Assembly: GCA_041550275.1 (NCBI GenBank)
Contig: JBFEPA010000001.1
Coordinates: 1 to 47,916 of the forward strand
From: Thermoplasmata archaeon
Lineage (GTDB): Archaea > Thermoplasmatota > Thermoplasmata > UBA10834
Reading direction: 5' to 3'
Length of the DNA: 47,916 nt
The notes beneath the pieces were generated by a model that was given only the letters and a program-made list of their open reading frames with translations, made no database searches and was not told the DNA's origin. The translations under genes were made by a program, and so were the position numbers. Shown here one piece after another: positions 37,803 to 45,601 of the stretch; positions within the stretch are counted from its first letter, which is position 1; each line of letters begins with the position of its first letter.

Positions 37803-37925
37803 TTCTCTCCGATTGACAGAGAAACACGAAGGTATCTAGCTCGACGCAGGTTCTCTCTGACAGAAACTAACCAGTCAATTCGGTTTGCATGTCGCACCAT
37901 GCACACCGCGGATCCCACACAGGCT
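37803..37925 (+). repeat. Intergenic modular repeat, copy R9
   Basis: It reads ttctctccgattgacag..ggtatctagctcgacgc..ccagtcaattcggtttgcatgtcgcacc..gatcccacacagg. The B-module stretch matches R8 at about 23 of 28 nt. Confidence 0.75.
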
Positions 37926-37950
37926 TAGAGCCGACACGGCAACCCTTCCA

Positions 37951-40900
37951 CTACTCCACGTCGTCCTGATCGGGCGGGGCACGTCGTCTGCGCAAGACGA
38001 CCACGGCGGCAATGAGCAGGATTGCAGCAGTCGCGGCGATCAAGACCATGAGCCACGGCATCCCTTGACCACCCGGCCCTTCGTCCATCAGGCCCGCGAT
38101 GCCGAAGAGGGAGAGGCCCGACACATTGGCCCACAGATAACCCTCGTACGTCATTCCGAACATCTCGACGTCTGTGGTGTTCACGCCTGTCGTATCAACG
38201 ATGTCCGAAAGCCTGACCCACGATCCATCTGCGGACATGAGGTACAACTGAAGAGAGCTTTCGTTGAGGTCCTCTGGGTCGTCTCCGTCCCCGTCCCCGT
38301 TCATGTCGAGGTCTGCCGCGGTGTAGTATATCTTGATGAGCGACCCGGATACCACATCAGACATGTTGGGGTCGTGTGACTGGAACTCTATCCGCACGTA
38401 CTTGTCCATGATGACCTCGTCAGGCGCAAGTGCATCCGAACCCGAAAGGCTGTCCTCGACCTCGTCATCATGTAGCTTCTCGACTGCGATGCTGAATGTC
38501 GTCATGTTGCTCAACTTCGTCCATACGAATGTGTCGGTTGCCCTCATGGTGTCGATCTGGTCGAGCATGAAACATTCCCTCGGGTTGAGGTAGTCCACGA
38601 GCACGCTTCCGTCCGAGACGGTCATCCGCATGCTCTTCAGGATGCCCAGAACCCTGATCCAGTCAGTGTCGTAGACCTGGGAGATCATCACTATCGTCTG
38701 CGTCTCGTTCCACAGCCCGTATCTCACAGCAATCCGCTCATAGACTGTGCTGGTCATCCTATCGACAACGTCCCCTGAGTCCTCAAGCAGGTCATGGATC
38801 AAGCCGCCTGCGCCGCCTGCGTCTGAATCCGGAGTCCCCACGAGAACGATGTACCGGGCGCTACTGTAGTTGGACTGCAATGTATCCGCATCGACGACCC
38901 TGACCGTTGCGTGTTCGGACAGATTGTAGACGAAACCTGCACAAGTTCCGATATCATCGTACGCGAGCACGATCTCGCCGTCGAGCTCGAGCAGGTAGTC
39001 GAGGTCGAGGGAGTCGGGTATTCCATCGCCGTCGGAATCGGTGCTCTTCGGGTTGAGTCCGAGTTCGAGCTCTCTCGAGTCGCTGAGTCCGTCGCCGTCG
39101 GTATCGTTGGACAGGGGGCTAATCAGGGAGGATATCTCGAACCCATCTGAGAGCCCGTCACCGTCGGAATCGCCCGAAGTGGCGTTCGTGTCGTAGAGGA
39201 CTTCGTAACCGTCGTCGACCCCGTCGGAGTCAGTATCTGGGGAGTTCGGATCCGTTCCGAGCCGGTACTCCTGCCCGTCGAACATGAAGTCTCCGTCGGA
39301 GTCAGGATTCTTCGGGTCGGAACCGAAGCCGATCTCCTTCAGGTCGTCCAGGCCGTCCTGGTCTGTGTCGTTGTTGTTGGGGTCCGAGCCGAGCAGGAAC
39401 TCCTCGTAGTCTGACAGGCCTTCGCCATCAGTGTCCGGGAGCTTCGGATCGCTGCCGAAATTGATTTCGACTCCGTCCCCGAGCCCATCACCGTCGGTGT
39501 CCCAATGCGTCAGGTTTGTCCCGAGTTCCCACTCTTCCGAATCCGGAAGCCCGTCTTCGTCTGGGTCGAGCGAGCGCGGGTCGGACAGGAGGGCGGCCTC
39601 GTCGGGGTCGGGAATGTCATCGGCGTCCGTGTCGGGCGCCATCGGATCGCTTGTGATGAGGTAGGTGAGAGTCTCATCTTCCGTCGTGACTGTTATGAAC
39701 CATCCGTCGTTCTCCTCGATATCCGTCAGGCCGTCACTGTCCGCGTCCAAGAAGATGTAGTCGGGGTCTGCCGGTATCAGTTCCATATAGTGGGAGGTTT
39801 TCGTCACGTTCTGCCAGTTGGCCAGGTAGATGTTGTTCTCGTCATCCACCGCGATGCCGCTGCCTGCAATGTAGTCTTCCTCGAAACTGCACATCCACCT
39901 GCCTTCAGGAGTCCACTTCTGTATACGCTCCGCGAAATCACCGCCCGCGTCGAGCGTGAGTATATCGCCGCTGGCGTCGACCGCCATGCTCCTGACTCTG
40001 CTGATAAAACCGTCCTGAGTGCCTGTCTCGCCCCACATCGTCACGAACGTGCCATCTGATTCGAATTTCTGGATCCTGTCGTTGCCCATGTCGGAGACGT
40101 AGACATATCCATCCTCATCGATATCGATGTCTGCCTCGAAGGAATCCAGGTTGAATTGCCCAGGTCCCGTGCCATAACCTCCCCAAGAGGTCTCCAGCGA
40201 CACCACTTCAGTTCCGTTCATCACGAATTTGAGAACATGGTCGTAGGAGTCCAAGAGATACATGTAGTACGTGTCGGCGGTCGGGCCGTTGGGATCCAAC
40301 GCCAATCCGAGCACTCCGACGTCCACTCCCACGAGCTCGCTGTAGGGCAACTGGTCCAGGATCGTGCCATTCTGTGCGTAGAAGAACAGGTTCGAACCCG
40401 TGCAAGCGAACAGGACGGGTTGGCGCTCGCCGGACACGTTCGCCGACATGCACTCGAGCTCCGAGGGTCGGGTCGGAGTAGATATCACTCGAATCTCTGT
40501 TCCGTTATGGTCGTAGACAGCGATGGTGCTGTAGTTGTCAGTATACACGAACCCGTCCTCATCCACAGCGACGACGTACGGATAGTAATCCCCGGCCTCG
40601 GGCGCGAAGGAAGCACTGAAATCGATTTGCGTAAGATAGTAGTCCGTGATCTCGTCCTGAGTGCCGTCCCCATCGGTGTCGGCGCTCCTCGGGTTGAGTA
40701 GACAGTAGTACTCCTGGAAGTCGTTGATGCCGTCTCCGTCAGTGTCGTTCAGATGCGGGTCGGAGTTGACCATCCAATAGTAGGTGTTGTTCCTGTAGGT
40801 GAAATTGACCGCCCATCCGTGATACTCGAAGTAGTCTGTGAGGCCATCGCCGTCCGAGTCCGGATTGGTGAAGTTGTATCCCCTAGCGTGCTCGAACCTG

Positions 40901-43900
40901 TCGTCCAGCCCGTCCTGGTCGGTGTCGTGGCCGGACCATCGGCTGGGGTTGGAGCCGATCTGGAGTTCGTAGGCGTCGCCGAGGCCGTCGCCGTCCGTAT
41001 CCCACCTCCACGGGTCCGTGTTCGCCGATGCCTCCTCAGATGCATTCAAGCCATCTCCATCGGAGTCGCTAGAGACCATGCCTCGCCATTCGCCGAACTC
41101 GTCGATGCTGCCAGGCATGACGTCGAAGTATATCGTGGTCCAGTGCGAGACCTGAGTATCGGACGGGTCATTGGTCTGCGACTCCCTGTCGCACCACCAT
41201 CCGAAGAACCACCAGCAATCGTCGTAGTATATCCTGTAGTCGGAATACAGGCCGACGGCCACCGGGAAGTTCACCATGCCTATCCCCGGCCGGACCCATG
41301 CTTCGGTCTCGTACAGGACCGACTTGGAAGTCGACGTGTAGACCGTGGAGTTCTCTACCGTCGATCCCCCTCTCACCGACTGAGAGCCCCACGGGACGGA
41401 TATGACCTGGTGAGGAATGATGTAGCTGTCGACCAAGTCTCCGTAGGTGCCGTCGCCGGTTATCGTGACGTTCCCGTACAGGCGGCTGCTGTAGGATATG
41501 TTGTCACCGACATCTATCCCGTTCCCGTCCACGTCCACGAAGGACATATCGGAGTCGACATATTCCAAGTCGACATTGCTCCGGGTCCTGGTATCCGTGA
41601 AGCAGTCGATAAGCCACCCGATGAACAAACCCATGAAATCAATCCCGAATATCTGCAGCACCGTATCCACCAAGGCGATCAGCAGGGCGATGACCACGCC
41701 GACAGGGCCACCGAATGCTGCTATGGCCAACAGCGTGAGAGAGTACGCGAGCATGACTACGGAGTAGGTGACAGCGATGCCCGTGCCGACCGATCCCCAG
41801 CCGAGCTCTTCGCCTATCGCGAAGAGCGCGTATAATGAGATGCCGACAGCGAGGATTACGCCGATGACGTTCATGGCCGTGCTGATACGCTGAACAACAG
41901 TGGTCGAGCTTGTCAGGGTCTGTTTGACCGAGTTGAACGTGGTCTTGAACAGATCCCAGGTGCTCTGACCGGCGGTCTTGGCAATGGTGCCGAGTCGCGC
42001 GAAGGCCTCACAGAAAGCATAGGCGGTATCGAGTATCTCGATGGCCGTGAATATGATGTCTATCGACATCATGGTCACTTCTATGATGGCCTCGACGGTC
42101 TCGTCCAGAAACACGACTTCCGGATAGTCGTGGTCTACGGCCACCCCTCCGACAGATGCGATCGTGAATTCGCCACAGTACCACGCCGACACGAGGCTGA
42201 CCGTGGTTACCAGAGCGCTCTCGTTCAGGTCCCAGGCCCTGACCTCTTCGATGACCTCAAACAGCTCGAGGGGGGTTTCGTCCCCTCCCGTGTACCAGCT
42301 GGAGCGGAGAACCTTCGAAACGATCGCGGGCTCACTCGTAAGGTCGGCCGACAGCGGACCGTCGTGGATGTACGACTCCGAGAGCTGTCCCAGCTCGATG
42401 CAGACGGCCTCATCCTCCACGCCCACGATCACAGGCAAGGTCTCTCCCACCGCCATGGATTCCATTGCGGAGGGGATCATTGTCGACATGGCTTCCTGCA
42501 TGGCCAAGTCCTGGTGCGAGAAGCCCCGGACATCCGACACGATTGCCGTGAGGTTGTAGTCTCCGAGCAACGCGGGGACATCATCCAGGCTGTTCGATGA
42601 GTTCCTCAGATACTCATACGCGAGGAGCAGATTGGCCGCGATCAGTTCGTCGAGTTCGGCTCCGTGGAAAACGCCAACGCTGGAGCCTAGGTTCTCGCTG
42701 ACCTCGAGCCCCGTCAGCGCGAAATCCTCGTAGTAGGTGGCGAGAATCATCGGGGATGACGCCACCCCAAGGTCAATCTCAGTGAACAGGCTACTGCCTT
42801 CGGACTCCGCATCATCCGCGGTCAATGTGCCATCTGATGTGGCCGTCAGGTTGTTGCCATTACCTGCAACGATCACAACGGAACCATCATCATCTCTGTT
42901 GAACACGAACTCGGTGTCGGTCGTTACCTCATCCGATGACGCGGATATTGACCCGTCGGGGTTGAGCGTAACATAGAGGCCGTTAGAGGCCACGAGGGAG
43001 CCGCGGTCTTGCCCCAACGACGTCCAGACGAACGTCTCATTCGCTCCAATGTCGTCTCCGTTGGCCAGAATCGAACCGTCGGCCTGCAGACGCAGGTAAT
43101 CGCCACTCTCCGATGCGAACGCCCTGATCTCGTTGTCATTAAGACCGCTGACCCTCCACATGAGGCTGAGGTCGAGAGACACGCTAAGAGGCGATGCGGT
43201 CTCGGGGAAGAACATCCTGCCCTTAAGGGCGACCATGTTGCCATATTCCCATACGGGAAACAGCGGAACATACGCCGATGTGTCGTCTACTATGATCCCG
43301 TAATCCTCGATCTCGTCCTGATCCGGGAGGTCCTCGCAGTCGATTATCAGTGTGGGTATGATGACGACGTCGTCCACGGAACCGTCCAAGTCCCTGAACG
43401 ACCCCCTTGAATCGGTGGGCCAGTCCCAGCTCTGTTGTATGAGCCTCATATGGTTGGGATTGTCTGTCCTGAGCTGAAACGACACATAGGTCGGGCTTCC
43501 CGAAGTCTGCACCGTGACCTCGATATCGCTCCTGAGCGTAGTTTTGGCGAAGGGCGACATATCCAGATAGTCAGGCACTCCATCGTCGTCGTTGTCGGGA
43601 TCCCACGCATTGGGCAGGCCATCGCCGTCTAGGTCGAACGTGACATTCGTCACTTCCGCGTAATCGGGAAATCGATCATCGTTGGAATCGGCCTTGTTGG
43701 GATCCATGCCCATGAACGCTTCGTCGTAATCGCTCAGTCCGTCGAAATCGCTGTCCGGGTTGAAGGGGTCGGTGCCGATGACGAGCTCAACCGAGTCGGG
43801 GAGGCCGTCGCTGTCCGAGTGGTTCGTATCGTCCGTGTTGTTCATCAGCTCCCCAACGAACCTGCTGAGATCCCGGAAGGCTGCGGGGATCTCGTGCGGG

Positions 43901-44019
43901 GTCTGCTGAGAAGTCACCTCCTTCTCGCTGAGGTTGTTGAGCATCGGCTGAAATGCAAGCATAACCAGGCAGACTGTCACGACTACAGAAGCCACTGTGA
44001 TGCGCTTTCGCGAAAGCAA
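37951..44019 (-). CDS. Giant (2,022 aa) membrane-anchored surface protein: three arrays of thrombospondin-type-3-like Ca-binding repeats, beta-trefoil-like region, internal TM cluster, NHL-type beta-propeller, C-terminal TM anchor
   Basis: The start is TTG after GGAGAGGAG, followed by an N-terminal signal/anchor. D.D.DG..D..E repeats lie at about 43539-43824, 40659-41097 and 38990-39690. NHL-like blades (YVYVSDMGNDRIQKFESDG, ERIQKWTPEG) lie at about 39700-40630. Hydrophobic helices lie at about 41599-41872. The final TM is followed by RRRRAPPDQDDVE. Confidence 0.85.
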   Translation of the reverse strand: MLSRKRITVASVVVTVCLVMLAFQPMLNNLSEKEVTSQQTPHEIPAAFRDLSRFVGELMNNTDDTNHSDSDGLPDSVELVIGTDPFNPDSDFDGLSDYDEAFMGMDPNKADSNDDRFPDYAEVTNVTFDLDGDGLPNAWDPDNDDDGVPDYLDMSPFAKTTLRSDIEVTVQTSGSPTYVSFQLRTDNPNHMRLIQQSWDWPTDSRGSFRDLDGSVDDVVIIPTLIIDCEDLPDQDEIEDYGIIVDDTSAYVPLFPVWEYGNMVALKGRMFFPETASPLSVSLDLSLMWRVSGLNDNEIRAFASESGDYLRLQADGSILANGDDIGANETFVWTSLGQDRGSLVASNGLYVTLNPDGSISASSDEVTTDTEFVFNRDDDGSVVIVAGNGNNLTATSDGTLTADDAESEGSSLFTEIDLGVASSPMILATYYEDFALTGLEVSENLGSSVGVFHGAELDELIAANLLLAYEYLRNSSNSLDDVPALLGDYNLTAIVSDVRGFSHQDLAMQEAMSTMIPSAMESMAVGETLPVIVGVEDEAVCIELGQLSESYIHDGPLSADLTSEPAIVSKVLRSSWYTGGDETPLELFEVIEEVRAWDLNESALVTTVSLVSAWYCGEFTIASVGGVAVDHDYPEVVFLDETVEAIIEVTMMSIDIIFTAIEILDTAYAFCEAFARLGTIAKTAGQSTWDLFKTTFNSVKQTLTSSTTVVQRISTAMNVIGVILAVGISLYALFAIGEELGWGSVGTGIAVTYSVVMLAYSLTLLAIAAFGGPVGVVIALLIALVDTVLQIFGIDFMGLFIGWLIDCFTDTRTRSNVDLEYVDSDMSFVDVDGNGIDVGDNISYSSRLYGNVTITGDGTYGDLVDSYIIPHQVISVPWGSQSVRGGSTVENSTVYTSTSKSVLYETEAWVRPGIGMVNFPVAVGLYSDYRIYYDDCWWFFGWWCDRESQTNDPSDTQVSHWTTIYFDVMPGSIDEFGEWRGMVSSDSDGDGLNASEEASANTDPWRWDTDGDGLGDAYELQIGSNPSRWSGHDTDQDGLDDRFEHARGYNFTNPDSDGDGLTDYFEYHGWAVNFTYRNNTYYWMVNSDPHLNDTDGDGINDFQEYYCLLNPRSADTDGDGTQDEITDYYLTQIDFSASFAPEAGDYYPYVVAVDEDGFVYTDNYSTIAVYDHNGTEIRVISTPTRPSELECMSANVSGERQPVLFACTGSNLFFYAQNGTILDQLPYSELVGVDVGVLGLALDPNGPTADTYYMYLLDSYDHVLKFVMNGTEVVSLETSWGGYGTGPGQFNLDSFEADIDIDEDGYVYVSDMGNDRIQKFESDGTFVTMWGETGTQDGFISRVRSMAVDASGDILTLDAGGDFAERIQKWTPEGRWMCSFEEDYIAGSGIAVDDENNIYLANWQNVTKTSHYMELIPADPDYIFLDADSDGLTDIEENDGWFITVTTEDETLTYLITSDPMAPDTDADDIPDPDEAALLSDPRSLDPDEDGLPDSEEWELGTNLTHWDTDGDGLGDGVEINFGSDPKLPDTDGEGLSDYEEFLLGSDPNNNDTDQDGLDDLKEIGFGSDPKNPDSDGDFMFDGQEYRLGTDPNSPDTDSDGVDDGYEVLYDTNATSGDSDGDGLSDGFEISSLISPLSNDTDGDGLSDSRELELGLNPKSTDSDGDGIPDSLDLDYLLELDGEIVLAYDDIGTCAGFVYNLSEHATVRVVDADTLQSNYSSARYIVLVGTPDSDAGGAGGLIHDLLEDSGDVVDRMTSTVYERIAVRYGLWNETQTIVMISQVYDTDWIRVLGILKSMRMTVSDGSVLVDYLNPRECFMLDQIDTMRATDTFVWTKLSNMTTFSIAVEKLHDDEVEDSLSGSDALAPDEVIMDKYVRIEFQSHDPNMSDVVSGSLIKIYYTAADLDMNGDGDGDDPEDLNESSLQLYLMSADGSWVRLSDIVDTTGVNTTDVEMFGMTYEGYLWANVSGLSLFGIAGLMDEGPGGQGMPWLMVLIAATAAILLIAAVVVLRRRRAPPDQDDVE

Positions 44020-44180
44020 GCTCTCCTCTCCCCTATCGACGCTTCCTATTCATGTGACACCGCACTCACGAAGGATATTCCTTTTGGTCGCTGCATCGGG
44101 AACGGACAGGGCTGTCGACGAGGCTCCTCGTAGAGTACGACATTCTTCGGTCGTCAGAAGGGGCCATCATCAGAGCGGAC

Positions 44181-45314
44181 TCAGTTCCCAGTCCACACAG
44201 GAGCTGTCCACGCTGTCACCCCCGGCTCCTCCCCATTCAGCGGCGAGACCGTGGTCACGCGCACGAAGAAGTACCGTGGCGCGCCATCCCCGCTCAGTAC
44301 TACGGTCTCATCGACGGAACTACTGCCCGTGGGTTCGAAGCTCCAGGCAGTCTCATTCCCGTCGGAGACTATCTCGACCAGCGTGATCGCATCGCACAGT
44401 CCGTCAGGATCGTCTATCACGATCGAGGCGGTGTAGCTGGTAGCGCCCGGGTTTGACAGGCACGACCCCATCACTTCGCCGTTCACGGTGAAACGTATCT
44501 CGAGGTTCTCGTCGAGGGTCGCATACCCTCTGCCCTCCCTCATGGCTTCGTACAGGTTGTCACTGGTCAGGCTGGGGGCGAGCAGGACCGTTCGGATCCC
44601 CAGCGGAGATATCCAGTCGCCGTAATGATCGTCCTCCGTCGCTGTGGGCATCATCTGCCAGCCCTCGTCCAGTGCTTTGATGTAGCTCGAGTCGCGATAG
44701 CCCCAGTTGTAGCACTCGAGCATACCCATGGCCGAATCACGTTCCTCCGTCCAGAAATCGAACTGGAAGTAGTCCCAGGCGACTGGGCATCCATATGACA
44801 ACGGATGGTTCCACTGGCCGATCGCCCCGGGCTCTTCAGCGATCCAATCGTATATCCATGGGAAGAACGACCCGCCGGTCATGCGCTCCCCTTGATAGTA
44901 CGATGGTGGTGCCAATCCCGGGTTGGGCGGCATGTTGGGCGTGCAGTATATGTTCAGCTCGTTTATTCCGCGCAGATAGTACTCGTATCCTGCCATTGCG
45001 ACGAAAGTCGAGGACGTGTGATCCTCGGCCGAGCGGAGTATGTCAGCCCACTCCCGGTCATTAAGCTCATGCTGGTGGTCGGTCACCGCCAGGAAGTCTG
45101 CGCCAGCCAACTGCGCCGCTTCGAACGCTTCATCCGGCGTGCCAGTGCCATCCGAGTAGGATGTGTGAGAGTGCAGATCCCCGAAGTACAGATTGTACTC
45201 AGGTTCGGCCTCTTCCGCTTCGACTGCGAGAGCTGTGCCGCAGCAGAAGGAAGGGCCAATCATCGCAATCACCACGACAAGAGACAGTCCCGAGATGAGT
45301 TTCCTACTGACCAT
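44181..45314 (-). CDS. Secreted PHP-domain metal-dependent phosphoesterase with C-terminal Ig-like domain
   Basis: 377 aa with a signal peptide. It contains the PHP motifs YFGDLHSHTSYSDG and FLAVTDH. The beta-rich C-terminal part is about 90 aa. Confidence 0.8.
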   Translation of the reverse strand: MVSRKLISGLSLVVVIAMIGPSFCCGTALAVEAEEAEPEYNLYFGDLHSHTSYSDGTGTPDEAFEAAQLAGADFLAVTDHQHELNDREWADILRSAEDHTSSTFVAMAGYEYYLRGINELNIYCTPNMPPNPGLAPPSYYQGERMTGGSFFPWIYDWIAEEPGAIGQWNHPLSYGCPVAWDYFQFDFWTEERDSAMGMLECYNWGYRDSSYIKALDEGWQMMPTATEDDHYGDWISPLGIRTVLLAPSLTSDNLYEAMREGRGYATLDENLEIRFTVNGEVMGSCLSNPGATSYTASIVIDDPDGLCDAITLVEIVSDGNETAWSFEPTGSSSVDETVVLSGDGAPRYFFVRVTTVSPLNGEEPGVTAWTAPVWTGN

Positions 45315-45400
45315 GGTTACGGAGTCCCCCCAAGGCTAGACGCTCAGAGGTATCCCGCTAAACACTATTTCTTGGTTACTGACCCGTGACCGGTGGCAAT

Positions 45401-45469
45401 GGATGATCCGCCCCTGACAGAATCGGTCGAAACGCCACAGGAAAAGGCCACGTTCGTACGGGAACGGGG
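45401..45469 (+). repeat. Intergenic modular repeat, degenerate copy
   Basis: ggatgatccgccc..aatcggtcgaaacgccac..aggaaaaggccacgttcgtacgggaacgggg is collinear with R3 (gagatgagccatccgccc..ggttcgcatgtcgcac..tgataaaaggccgtaggggcggaagagg). Confidence 0.4.
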
Positions 45470-45601
45470 CCGTTGAAGGGCTACTCGCTCGCTGACTATA
45501 ACTGAACAGGATGGAGCGGTAAACCAGCCGAATATTCATATAGTAAGAGGCGAGTCAGTAGTTCAGCGGCGTGGGTTCGGTCGAATGAGGAGGGAACATC
45601 A

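Noticed and set aside
37644-37928. 94-aa and 65-aa ORFs between tbp and the giant gene
   Set aside because: They overlap each other on opposite strands and lie on repeat units. Neither has an SD sequence or a recognisable motif.
22-45469. CRISPR array as an explanation for the dispersed repeats
   Set aside because: The copies are dispersed and degenerate, not regularly spaced identical repeats. They are not separated by unique spacers of uniform length, and no cas genes are present.
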